From a virus, in IMG/VR virus record IMGVR_UViG_3300034073_002480, positions 74,723-138,722 of that record: a stretch of DNA of 64,000 bases. One strand, written 5' to 3'. A program made the translations under genes and the position numbers. Below the pieces are notes generated by a model, which had not been told where the DNA came from, ran no database searches, and was given only the letters and a program-made list of their open reading frames with translations. Positions within the stretch are counted from its first letter, which is position 1; each line of letters begins with the position of its first letter. Positions 24,184-34,273 of this stretch are shown one piece after another.

Positions 24184-24675
24184 CTCATACCTGTATAAGA
24201 GTTACCATTGTGTGCAGTGTTTAATGCTTCTTGTTGATCCGCAGGAAAAGAAGGATCAATCTCGTGGGTAAACACTAAATCAAGATGTTTTTCTATCATA
24301 GACATAGTTTCAGGGGTTGCACCTTCACGATGATCGATAGTTTGCTTTAGTTCAAAATACCCCTTTAACCAGTAGCAGAAGTCTCTAGCCGTCATTTGTT
24401 TATCTCCAATAGTTCTATTAAATCTTGTTGGTCGGATATATGAAAATCAATATAATCTTCATATACGTCTAGATTGTCAGCATTAAAAGTTATAAAGGTT
24501 AATCTTACTAATTTTCTGTATGGTTCTCCTATATTTGTTTCCTGTAAAGAGACTACTTTAATATGTTTAATAATACCATCTTCAATCAGAAAGACTTTAT
24601 CATCAATCTTAAATACAAGACGTAGCCCATCATATATTAAAGCTGGATGATCTCGATAGTTCTCAAATACTTTAT

Positions 24676-24882
24676 TCATAAATGCCCTAGCGGTTGTAAT
24701 AAATCAGAGATAGGTAGCCAGTGTGTAGGTTCGTGAAACAAACATGAAACAACTTTTTGACAAGATTCAAGCCATAAACCAGACTCTACTTCATAAAAAG
24801 CTTTCCACACATCATAACCATCATATATTAACACATCTGTACCATTTAAAGGTGCAGTAGAAATAGGTTGCCAGTTAATCAT
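24676..24882 (-). CDS. DUF551-like phage protein
   Basis: WQPISTAP...PTHWLP. Confidence 0.7.
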   Translation of the reverse strand: MINWQPISTAPLNGTDVLIYDGYDVWKAFYEVESGLWLESCQKVVSCLFHEPTHWLPISDLLQPLGHL

Positions 24883-25142
24883 AGTTCACATCTGTGAGGA
24901 TAAATTATAGGTTGCCAGAGAGAATTAACAGGATTAGGATCACAAATATCATACCAACAATTATTACAAGGGGAGTCTATATGCCAATAACTATATCTCG
25001 AATGTCTTTCACCTTTATTATCTACAAAAGAAAACTCTTCTGATTCTTCATACCAAGCCGTATAAACAGAACCTTCATAGTAAAATAAAATATGAGTACC
25101 ATCTTTTGGAGCAGTATCTAGTGTTTGCCAGTTATTTGTCAT
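24879..25142 (-). CDS. DUF551-like phage protein
   Basis: WQTLDTAPKDG...LWQP. Confidence 0.65.
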   Translation of the reverse strand: MTNNWQTLDTAPKDGTHILFYYEGSVYTAWYEESEEFSFVDNKGERHSRYSYWHIDSPCNNCWYDICDPNPVNSLWQPIIYPHRCEL

Positions 25143-26233
25143 AACAAGTAGTCCTTTATCATCGAAACAACTTCTTCTTCTATGGTTTGACGGTCTGGTG
25201 TACGTGGTAGCTTTGTGTTGTTTTTTGCTGTTTCGAGGTCTAACATCAAACCATCTACCTGTACCATCAAAGCACCGTATTCGACTTCACCATTCCGTAT
25301 AGATCTGATATAATCAGCATCACCAGCTACACGACGATCTGGTATTACACCCTGACCGTTCAAAATCTCGATACCAGATTTTAACAAACGATAAGCATGA
25401 CCAGCATGTTTCGCGTCCATTCCACATTTTTCTTCTATGGCAGCACGTTTACTATTCCTGTTTGCTTTCCAACTATGAAACGCATCATATTCTTGCTTAG
25501 CTTGCCTATAGCGTTGAGTATTATGTAGTAAAGTCATAAACTCATCTGTACTACGTGTGTAATACTGTACAGCATCTAACAATTCAGGTTTGATTTTATA
25601 CTGCTTTAATACACTCTTGAAATCAATGTGTGCAAATATTTCATCACGGATACTATGGTATTGTGCCGCGTCATCAATCAGAATGTAAAGAAACTCCAAG
25701 AAAGCGTTTAACTGTTCTTTGCGTAGTGGGTTGTCCTCAAGACCATAATCTTTAGGATTAGGTGGTGTATTAAAGAAGTCGGTATTAGCATGGTAGGCTT
25801 GCAACCAACCTCTGTGTGTTTTTACACGTTTGATTTGTGCATAAGCATAACCTGAGTAGCTATGGTAAACCTTCGTAGAAAGAAACAACTCACGTAATGC
25901 AATAAGACGATCTGCTAGTTGTGTTTTTACAACATAATGTTCAGATGCAACCCACAATAGTTCCAGAATATTCGGGTTGTTGAGTAAAGCTAAATGCACA
26001 TATTTCTTGAGATTGTAAATCTGTGAATCTGTGTTGGTTAAAACAGGATATAGACAGTCAGGATCTACAAAAGAGTCAAGCTGGTCGAAATTAGAATCAC
26101 CGAAGAAATACTGAACTGGTGGTATACAGATCCCCTTGTAGTCGTAATCAGACTCAGGGTTGTCAATACCGTACAAACGAGAACCTGTAAGTGTTAGGAG
26201 TATTGTACAGGATTCAACTTCTTTTCTTTTCAT
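25139..26233 (-). CDS. Pol-beta-superfamily nucleotidyltransferase (RlaP/YcgL-like)
   Basis: GSRLYG...SDYDYKGI, NPNILELLW, KHAGHAYRL. Confidence 0.85.
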   Translation of the reverse strand: MKRKEVESCTILLTLTGSRLYGIDNPESDYDYKGICIPPVQYFFGDSNFDQLDSFVDPDCLYPVLTNTDSQIYNLKKYVHLALLNNPNILELLWVASEHYVVKTQLADRLIALRELFLSTKVYHSYSGYAYAQIKRVKTHRGWLQAYHANTDFFNTPPNPKDYGLEDNPLRKEQLNAFLEFLYILIDDAAQYHSIRDEIFAHIDFKSVLKQYKIKPELLDAVQYYTRSTDEFMTLLHNTQRYRQAKQEYDAFHSWKANRNSKRAAIEEKCGMDAKHAGHAYRLLKSGIEILNGQGVIPDRRVAGDADYIRSIRNGEVEYGALMVQVDGLMLDLETAKNNTKLPRTPDRQTIEEEVVSMIKDYLL

Positions 26234-27351
26234 TTTTCTTTTTTCCTTTACCTGATTCAGACCTGAAACTAACTTTCACATCGTAACCATGAGCTACTAT
26301 TTTCTGTTCATCTGTCTGTGTGTTAATACAAACATCAGATACGAAGATATTGCCCAACCAATAATCAATCTGTTGTGCTGCGGTGTAAGCATCTACAACT
26401 TTATAAAACTGGATATCTTTTAAAGAAGGATACAGCACCAAATCACCAGCGATATCAGTTTTTACTAGTTTGTTGAAATAACCATATCTATAGTGTAGCT
26501 TGAACACAAAGTAACAAACACCAGATGCTAACTGCACATCTTTCACAGGAGGTATGTCAAATGCAGTTTGTATATCTCTTTCACGGAAATCGAAGTAAAA
26601 ACTATCATGCTTTTTGAAATAGGCATGAATAGCATCGAAAGACCATAGAAAAGAAGGTGCGGAGTCCATATACTCTATTGCTCTACCTTCATAATCATAT
26701 TTTATGACTTTTTTAGGTTTATCATCAATAAGAAAAGGATAGACGGAACCGCAGAAGAATAGATACTGTAGCTTGTTGCACAAAGGTAATTTGGCTATAC
26801 CCTCTGGTAAAGAACCAACCACCACTTTTTTTCTATGGTCTTCATATCTTACGAAATGGTCGAGTGATGATATTTGGTATAGTACAGGATCGTAATAATC
26901 TTTAATTTTACTGTGAATCTGCATTGTTGGTTAGTCTCTTTAAAGAAGCCCACTCAGAGTTCCAGAATTTAACTTTAACTCCATTTGTAAACTCAAGAAT
27001 AAACTCCCTACCAGAATAGTCAAGATCACCTCTACAATTAAATTGTATGTCAAAAGGAGTTTCGTATTTGATATTATCTTCAGTCTCGTATGTAGCTGTT
27101 TTGACTATATCACCAAAGATAGAGCGACACATTTCGGTAAGTTTAGAATCAATAGACATCGTTAACCTCCCACTTATCTTGTTGTATTTCCAATAATCGT
27201 TCACATAGATCTAACTGCATCTGCAAAGCATCTATCTCAAAAGCTTGTTCTGCAACTATGTCAGACAAACCAAACAGACGTAGTAAAAAATTTTTAATCA
27301 TAACCATAGAAAAGAAGTGGATAGTTATTAGCCACCCACTTTGTAGTTTAT

Positions 27352-27786
27352 TTAGTCTTCGTCTTCATTAGGATCTGTGAAATCAGTATCGCAGTAGTTC
27401 TCATCCTCATCCTCATCCTCATCCTCATCCTCATCCTCATCCTCAGAGTCAGAGTTAGAGTCAGAGTCAGAGTCAGAGTTAGAGTCAGAGTCTAACTTAT
27501 ATTTTAAATAGTCGATCAAATCAGTAGCTATTTGTTCTGGAATAGAAGATGCAAGAATGTTGTGTGTTCTGTGATTTACAATCTCTCCAACTTTTTCTTC
27601 AAAATCAGAGAAGAAATGCACAGGTAGTTTTGATTTTGGTTCTCGAATCTTCAACAAAGTAATCTCTCTTAATAAAGCCACAACTTCGTCTTGTCGTTGC
27701 AGTAACAAACCATGTACAAGATTGTACTGGCGTTGTAGTTGTTCTTTGGCGGTTTCAAGTTCTGCGATTTTTTGTTTGTTAAACAT
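27352..27786 (-). CDS. Coiled-coil protein with a highly acidic low-complexity tail
   Basis: ORF ends in (DS)n(ED)n. Confidence 0.7.
   Translation of the reverse strand: MFNKQKIAELETAKEQLQRQYNLVHGLLLQRQDEVVALLREITLLKIREPKSKLPVHFFSDFEEKVGEIVNHRTHNILASSIPEQIATDLIDYLKYKLDSDSNSDSDSDSNSDSEDEDEDEDEDEDEDENYCDTDFTDPNEDED
27401..27490. repeat. Compound hexamer microsatellite (TCATCC)7 followed by (TYAGAG)8
   Basis: Read directly from the sequence; in frame within the 27352..27786 CDS. Confidence 0.9.
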
Positions 27787-28494
27787 TGGTAAGTACCTTC
27801 TTTTGTTGTTGTTTTTGGTTATGAGAGCGAGGTGTGTAATCTACAGGTAGTCCCAAAGGCTGTACCAATCTGACAACCGAAGCCCAGTCATTGTTGCGGA
27901 TAGCATGTACAGTTTTTTGCACATCTTCCTTCATGCGGATTGCTTGGACTACAGCTTGTACTCCGACTGCTTTGACTCGACTACGCGCACCAGAGATTTT
28001 GCCTTTATACTGTAGCACAAAACCAGTTGCTTCGATCTGTTGAGCTTCTTGTGGTGTCACGATAGCTGTATCACGTTTAAGGAAACGCAACCAGTTAGCT
28101 GCTTTAGCACGGATATCGTAAGCTACAGCATCTTTCCATCTATTGACTTTACCAATTTGCTTGTTCTGACTTTTACCTGCTGCCATTTTGTTGTTATGTA
28201 GGTTTACTAGATACGAGAGTTTGAAGGGTTTTCTTTCCCCGCAGGTTAATACTCTCTGTCGTAATCTATATCCATATATTCTCTAGATTCGTTATACTCT
28301 ACTTCTAAAGCACCATATAGTTTCTCAAGTTTAAGACACTCTGAACGCCAAAATTCTGTTGTTTCCCTACTTTCTTTTAGTAAGAGTTCAAGACGCTCTA
28401 TTTTCGCTTTTTTACCTCTAACTTTAGCCATAATACACCAACAAAACATACAAACCAAAACTAACAGTCAAAAGTTGATCTGCAATTTTCATAG

Positions 28495-29244
28495 CTAGAA
28501 CTCCTGATACAAACCATAGGCAGGAACATGAACACACAATGAACCACCAGTGTTTCCGCACCCTGTGTCTATAACTCTCTGATGTTTGCCACAACTTAGA
28601 ATATGATAATGCCCTGCAACACGTACAGCAGGAAGACCGTAGAAAGAAAGGGGTTCATCTGATGACCACCAATCTACTCTTTTGTTATCACGATCTAACA
28701 GACCATACAAAGCTTCTTGTTTGTGGTGTTTAGATGGTTGTTCAAGATTAGTTTTTATGTTGAAATAAGCATGACTGCACAAGAAACTTACTGTGGTATC
28801 ATGCTGTAAGTCATAAGATTCGATAACTACATGATAGGGTAATCCCGATAACCAGTTGTGGATCTCCTTCTTTTCTTCTATGGTCAGGGTGTTTATAAAT
28901 TGCGAGATAGTATAATCCAACCCATAGTTAACCTTGACTGGGTTTGGTCTTGTACCTACCAGATGATGCTTAAGCCAGCGCATTAATTTTTCTTGATGAT
29001 TAGATTGTAAAAGAATATCACCATGTTGTTCTACACAATTTTTGATAATAAGATAAGTTTGTAGAGGATCACTATAAGGTGGGTAATTCTTTTCGTGGTC
29101 GTCTAGCCGTGAATCCCAGCAGTCTGCTAAAAATACTAGCTGTGTAGATTCTGGTGGATATTCACCTTTAATCCAGTCTAAAGCATCTTGCAGCTTTCTA
29201 TGTTGACTATGTATATCCGAGACAAAACAGACTACTTTATCCAT
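28495..29244 (-). CDS. Calcineurin-like metallophosphoesterase
   Basis: SDIH, LADCWD, SNHQ, SHA, GHYH and IDTG motifs. Confidence 0.85.
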   Translation of the reverse strand: MDKVVCFVSDIHSQHRKLQDALDWIKGEYPPESTQLVFLADCWDSRLDDHEKNYPPYSDPLQTYLIIKNCVEQHGDILLQSNHQEKLMRWLKHHLVGTRPNPVKVNYGLDYTISQFINTLTIEEKKEIHNWLSGLPYHVVIESYDLQHDTTVSFLCSHAYFNIKTNLEQPSKHHKQEALYGLLDRDNKRVDWWSSDEPLSFYGLPAVRVAGHYHILSCGKHQRVIDTGCGNTGGSLCVHVPAYGLYQEF

Positions 29245-29359
29245 GTTTTTGTGTTATAATAATATTGAGGAACTTAAATAGTCTGATCCACTATTGAAAT
29301 TAGCAACTAACTAGGCTACGTTCCTTTTATTTTTAGTTAGATTAGTTAGTGAGAAAATT

Positions 29360-30157
29360 ATGTATAGTTTGCAAGACTGCTATAAAACACCGAAAGATTC
29401 AGATCTTTGTAAGTTTGGCGTTTATTGTATTGAAAATATTAATAGTGGTAAGCAGTATATAGGAAGTACATCTGGTAGTTTTTCTAAAAGATTTCGAGAA
29501 CATTTCAACGCTTTAAAAAATAACAAACATCATTCTCAGATATTGCAAAGAAGTTTCAACAAACATGGTATTGAGTCTTTCTCTTTAAAAATTTTAGAAG
29601 AAGTTGATACGAAAGATTATAAAATACTAAGAGCTAGAGAGCAGTATTATTTAGACACTCTAAAACCTGAGTACAACATACTTCCTAATGCTGAATCTTT
29701 TTCTGGTTACAAATATTCTGAAGAACGTAAGAAGAAACAGGTTAATGTTCTACGTTCTAAGTTTGCCGCTAAAGATTGTGGTGTTAAGTACCACCCTACA
29801 GATGGTAAATGGAGTGTACATATCTCCGTTACAGATTTTAAAATGAGTAATCTAGGTTATTTTAAAACTAAAGAGGAAGCACTAACAGCTAGGAAACAAG
29901 CAGAGGTTGTATTCTGGACGGAGGAGTTTGATAATCTGCCTACAGAAGAAAAGAAAATAATTGCTAAAAAATACAAGAAATCTATAGTCCGTGCTGATTG
30001 CACATCTGGTTACAGGTACATATCCATAAGTAGTGCCAGAATAGGCGGTAAATGTTGGAAATTTTTCTATAAACGAAAGCTGATACAGTCTTTCTATACA
30101 CTTGAAGAGGCTGTTGACTTCAGAGACAAATACCTCGAAGAAAACAACCTCGTCTAA
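29360..30157 (+). CDS. Free-standing GIY-YIG homing endonuclease with AP2-like DNA-binding repeats
   Basis: GVYCIEN...YIGST, REQYYLD, YN; C-terminal GVKYH...KWSVHI...LGYFKTKEEA AP2-like modules. Only large plus-strand gene; TGTTATAAT upstream at about 29252. Confidence 0.85.
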   Translation: MYSLQDCYKTPKDSDLCKFGVYCIENINSGKQYIGSTSGSFSKRFREHFNALKNNKHHSQILQRSFNKHGIESFSLKILEEVDTKDYKILRAREQYYLDTLKPEYNILPNAESFSGYKYSEERKKKQVNVLRSKFAAKDCGVKYHPTDGKWSVHISVTDFKMSNLGYFKTKEEALTARKQAEVVFWTEEFDNLPTEEKKIIAKKYKKSIVRADCTSGYRYISISSARIGGKCWKFFYKRKLIQSFYTLEEAVDFRDKYLEENNLV

Positions 30158-30165
30158 AGTGTAGA

Positions 30166-30960
30166 TCATGGTAGTTGAAAAGGTGCTAACACATGGGTTT
30201 GGTAGTGATCTGTATTAGAAGAATTACCTTGGATATCAGGCATCTGCCAACCTATGATACCATAACCTTTACCATACAAACAGATATTCCTTAGTTGCTG
30301 AGCTAGTAACATCGCGTTCTGCATATTGCCCCAGTATGTCTCTGGTGAACTTGTACTAGCACCACATCCACGTTGATCTACACCTAATTCTGGAGCTTGA
30401 TCTACGTTGTCATTTCTCATGTTAATATCGTGTTGACGAAAATCTTCGCCAAATCCAGTGCCATTGTAGATACCCATAGCAGACGACCATCCATCTAGAA
30501 TATTGTTTCCTGCATCTAGGTATAGCCAGTTTGTTTGACGTGCATCTGTGAAAGAATCTGGGTCTGGTTTTAAAATATTCATAATACGATTACGTGTTCT
30601 AATATTATCCACGCATGAGATAATGATCAGGTCTTGTGTACCTACTTTTTTCATCAGTTTCTCTAAGAGTCTCTTGTTAGCGAAAGAAGCCCAAAAATCA
30701 ACGTTACCGACATTATAATGTTGTTGTAGTTTACGTTGTAGCACAGCACCTTTTTGTTCACCCAAATCTCTATAGCAGAAATTTTGGCGCACTGTGTTAG
30801 ATTGAGAGACTGTATCAGCATCTATCAACACAATTAATGGTGACTGCAACCTTTTAAGTTCACCATAATGACCTACTATCCGCCCTAAACTATCGGCAAA
30901 ATAACTACCTGTACCACCACATCCTACCAGTGCAATCACAGGTTTATTGAATCTTAACAT
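30166..30960 (-). CDS. ThiF/E1 ubiquitin-like activating enzyme
   Basis: VGCGGTGS, DADTVSQSNTVRQNF, CVDNIRTR, WLYLDAGN; candidate catalytic Cys in RGCG. Confidence 0.9.
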   Translation of the reverse strand: MLRFNKPVIALVGCGGTGSYFADSLGRIVGHYGELKRLQSPLIVLIDADTVSQSNTVRQNFCYRDLGEQKGAVLQRKLQQHYNVGNVDFWASFANKRLLEKLMKKVGTQDLIIISCVDNIRTRNRIMNILKPDPDSFTDARQTNWLYLDAGNNILDGWSSAMGIYNGTGFGEDFRQHDINMRNDNVDQAPELGVDQRGCGASTSSPETYWGNMQNAMLLAQQLRNICLYGKGYGIIGWQMPDIQGNSSNTDHYQTHVLAPFQLP

Positions 30961-31612
30961 AATAATTAGCTCCCTCTTGGTAATAATCTGTATCTGGGGA
31001 GGACGACCATATAATAGATCTAGGCTTTTCTACTACATTCAACATATCACCCCAATATTTGGGATCTATTTCAGAACCTGTTTGTATTTTTGTGAAATCC
31101 TGTGCAACAGCTTTCAGATATTGTGGATAGGTGGTGGAATCTTGGTTTGTGAGGTCTCGATTGTGAATAGATTGCATGTAGCCATTGTAAACACTTGATG
31201 GACTTTTATTGTTATAAGCAACATCTCCATTACACCAATCACCATAATTACCTATGTTTCCAAGTTTGAGTGGTTTAAGGCAGTCAACAGTGTCATAACC
31301 AAACAAAGGTCTGTTACCATTACTGTATAACACCATAAAATGTCTTGGGATTGGCATTTGCAACGACTCTACTACGTCCTCGCTTTTCACCTTTCTGCTT
31401 AACAGACAGCTGTTATTGATTGCCCCTGCTCTACGACAGGTTTTGTCACGCAAAGAGCAGTCTAAACAGTACTTGAGAAAAAAATCTTCGGCATCAGATT
31501 TAATGCAGCTATAATAAAATGGTACTACAATGGGTTCAAACACGAACATTATAGTGTGTTTAAATATTACAGCAGTCTGGCAATGCGATGGTATTTCATA
31601 CTGTTGTGCCAT
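30944..31612 (-). CDS. Prokaryotic E2-like conjugating enzyme (Prok-E2_D / PRTRC protein B-like)
   Basis: PLKLGNIGNYGDWCNG resembles the PxxNxxxxGxxCxG motif; YMQSIHNRDL resembles FFxSxFNxDL; located between JAB and E1. Confidence 0.65.
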   Translation of the reverse strand: MAQQYEIPSHCQTAVIFKHTIMFVFEPIVVPFYYSCIKSDAEDFFLKYCLDCSLRDKTCRRAGAINNSCLLSRKVKSEDVVESLQMPIPRHFMVLYSNGNRPLFGYDTVDCLKPLKLGNIGNYGDWCNGDVAYNNKSPSSVYNGYMQSIHNRDLTNQDSTTYPQYLKAVAQDFTKIQTGSEIDPKYWGDMLNVVEKPRSIIWSSSPDTDYYQEGANYYVKIQ

Positions 31613-31614
31613 AA

Positions 31615-32583
31615 CTAATAACCACTACCGTAGAAGAAAGGATCGGCAACGTCCACACTATTATAGCGGTCGTAAGTAAAAAGATCCGCATATTGCACGT
31701 CTGCTGTAAGAAGGTCTGACAATACTGCTGGTAGCTCTTTTTCGATATCAGCTACAGTCACAGAAGGGTTAGCTAACATAATGTTTTCCAAAGCAGTCTT
31801 TAGTTTTTCAGCTAGACTCTTAGTATAAACAACACCACTTTTCGCTGGTTGTAGCCATTTTGTAGTTGTATTTCCTTTTTGCCACACAGGTGCTTGATAT
31901 ACAAAGCGTTTTACTTGAGTTTCACATACAGGTGCATACGCGGTATGTGTGTACGTCTGTAGTTCCGAATCTACAGGAAGGTCAATGAAGTCCCATGCTT
32001 GTGGAAAATAACGATAATTTGCGTAGCCGTTATTAGCAACTACTGTAGTACGGATTCGGTAGTCCATATCTGTTTGTCTGCCTGTAGGTATAGAGACAAT
32101 ACCATACAACAACGGAGTCTTCATTTCGTTGGTATCATCAACACCACTAGGAGATGGCATATCAAAAGGATGTAGATGAAAATGTGCATACAAAACCCAA
32201 CCATTAGCAACTAATGACTCCCGTGTATACTGTAGACCATCAAGTCCGTATAAGGGTAATGCATAGTTATAAGTAACAGATGCACCTGTCACTGTTTGAC
32301 TACCAACAACACAAATGAAGTCACCATCACGTTTGTAGTAACGACATTCAACTTCCGTTCCCTGTGCTAAATAATGCATAAAGAACGTGACCATTTGGTT
32401 CCACAGTCTGCGCGGAATCTTATGTTGTGGATTACCAACAAAACACTGCATAATAGCAGGATCAATTTTGTCATCAGTTGTGTAGTCACTGTACACAAAG
32501 TAAGAGCCGAGTTCTGTTACTTTCTCTTCTATGTAGTGACCAGTATTTAGCTGGTGGATTTCCGTTGTTTTTGTGGTTGTCAT
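31615..32583 (-). CDS. JAB/MPN metallopeptidase (PRTRC protein A-like)
   Basis: KIPRRLW...FF, catalytic E (TEVE), JAMM motif HLHP...SGVD. Confidence 0.8.
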   Translation of the reverse strand: MTTTKTTEIHQLNTGHYIEEKVTELGSYFVYSDYTTDDKIDPAIMQCFVGNPQHKIPRRLWNQMVTFFMHYLAQGTEVECRYYKRDGDFICVVGSQTVTGASVTYNYALPLYGLDGLQYTRESLVANGWVLYAHFHLHPFDMPSPSGVDDTNEMKTPLLYGIVSIPTGRQTDMDYRIRTTVVANNGYANYRYFPQAWDFIDLPVDSELQTYTHTAYAPVCETQVKRFVYQAPVWQKGNTTTKWLQPAKSGVVYTKSLAEKLKTALENIMLANPSVTVADIEKELPAVLSDLLTADVQYADLFTYDRYNSVDVADPFFYGSGY

Positions 32584-32604
32584 AATTCCTCTTAAAGACT
32601 ATAG

Positions 32605-32637
32605 AAAAAGAGGGGTGAGCTTTCAAAACCCACCCCT
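32605..32637 (-). terminator. Intrinsic terminator between Ubl and JAB genes
   Basis: Minus strand AGGGGTG...CACCCCT hairpin followed by CTTTTT. Confidence 0.7.
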
Positions 32638-32643
32638 ATAGGA

Positions 32644-33015
32644 TTAACCTAAGCGACCAGCAGGACGCTCAGGATCAGGGATTGCAACGGTTACAGGTGT
32701 TTGAGGAGTAACCGCATACTTAGCACTCAGTTCTGCGAAAGTAAGTGTAGGGTTAATCACAAAGATTTTACCCGCAACTATGTATTGCGCTGTGTAATTA
32801 TCTTGAAGAGTGATACCAGCGATCTTCGCTTGACCTGCTGCGAAATCAGCATAGGTTTGGTTGGGGTCATATTGAAACTGACCAGCGGAGGTGAAGCCAA
32901 ATCGAACTTCAGCACTGTTGTCAGCTTGGACTACAGTGGATACTGCAATAGGGGTAGGAGCAGTTTGTGTAGTAGAGGTAGAGAACTTAGAAAGGAGGTT
33001 GTTTAAGAAAGACAT
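32644..33015 (-). CDS. Putative ubiquitin-like (beta-grasp) protein; likely start MSFLNN
   Basis: Small protein ending ...PAGRLG with a C-terminal Gly; first gene of the JAB-E2-E1 operon. Confidence 0.6.
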   Translation of the reverse strand: MSFLNNLLSKFSTSTTQTAPTPIAVSTVVQADNSAEVRFGFTSAGQFQYDPNQTYADFAAGQAKIAGITLQDNYTAQYIVAGKIFVINPTLTFAELSAKYAVTPQTPVTVAIPDPERPAGRLG

Positions 33016-33044
33016 AGTTTTGTGTTTGTTGTTGTGCATATGGA

Positions 33045-33690
33045 TTACAGATGCAAACAATTACTTCTGATTACTCAGTACTCGAACCTCTTTCACTATC
33101 TTGTTACTTCAGAGTTGTTTACAGCTTTTGACAGCATTGTATCCTCCTACTTGTTACCCAGTTACTTCGTTGCTGACATCTTCATCAGGGCAGGGTATTT
33201 GCATCTGCAAGATCTAGATTTACTCTGTGCGCTTGTGTAAAGTATCTAATCTATAAAGTGCTTCACACAAGGAGAAGGTATAACCCTCTTGACTGTGTAG
33301 TCTAAACAACTACACAGTGAGGAGAGCTATACCAACCAACAATTATTGACAATTTGTTAATACAGTACTGGGCAATCTCTTACTTGTTACTTTCACTATC
33401 TTGTTACTTTCACTGCAAGCAGTTACTTTGTTCCCCAGCTACTTTGTTACTTCAGAGTGGTTTTCCCATATAACTCCTGACAACAGGGTGTTGGTTGTTA
33501 TAGGTTCGAGATTTACTATGTGCAATCTATGGCGTATCTAATCTCTAAAGTCCAACCATAGAAAGAGAGAATCAGTCCGTTACATTATATAGTGTGAAGC
33601 TACTGCCAACTATACAATATTAATAGGACAACCAACCCTCTTATCTAGACTGTTTTTACACAATCCAGATAGGAGAATTGTTGATTACAA
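33045..33690 (-). ncRNA. Large structured non-coding RNA or leader with two related modules
   Basis: No credible ORF; duplicated modules with covarying stems and G-U pairs favouring the minus strand; six GTTACTT repeats; 15-bp long-range stem 33045-33059/33196-33210. Confidence 0.6.
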
Positions 33691-33847
33691 CAAACTAGAA
33701 ATTAAAATATAATAGGGACAGCACTACACCCTCAGGATCGGAAGTATACTATATAACATAGTTCTAGCTGTTGTCTGCATTTAGTAGTAATCGCAATAAA
33801 ACAAAATCAGCTTAAGAAGCATCAAAGTCAAAATATATTTCAAACAT

Positions 33848-34273
33848 TTAATTATTATCCTGCATTGCACTGTTGTTAAAATAAAAACGTTCTGCTTGCT
33901 GTCTTACTTTTTTCTCAGGAACATCATGTACATTCTCAAAGTCACCATCAGCAATCAACACAAAGTATTGTACACCTAAATCTGTGGCAATCTTAATGTA
34001 AGGCTCCAACTCTTTTTTAGTTGTAGTCGTGTTGCTGACTATAGTGATATAACCATCTTGCAGTGACTTCTTAACTTCTGTCATACACCATTCATGTGCT
34101 GTCTGCAAGTAACGTGGATTCCAAGGTTCATCATTGTCAACAAACCACCGATCTGCTTCAAATTTCTTAGCTGCATAACCTAAGTCATAACCAGACATAT
34201 ATACTAAAAAATCAGCAAATGTTGACTTTCCTGAACCTGATACACCACGTAAGATTATAAGAACTGGTTGCAT
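33848..34273 (-). CDS. P-loop kinase (AAA_33, polynucleotide-kinase-like)
   Basis: LRGVSGSGKST, EAD, AHEWC, VSNT, NVHDVP. Confidence 0.8.
   Translation of the reverse strand: MQPVLIILRGVSGSGKSTFADFLVYMSGYDLGYAAKKFEADRWFVDNDEPWNPRYLQTAHEWCMTEVKKSLQDGYITIVSNTTTTKKELEPYIKIATDLGVQYFVLIADGDFENVHDVPEKKVRQQAERFYFNNSAMQDNN

Noticed and set aside
33160-33195. CUGAUGA within the 33 kb RNA as a hammerhead core
   Set aside because: It is followed by GAAG, with no proper stem II or stem III.
33045-33690. CRISPR array
   Set aside because: Repeats are short, irregularly spaced and lack uniform spacers; no cas operon (the PD-(D/E)XK nuclease is an ordinary phage exonuclease).
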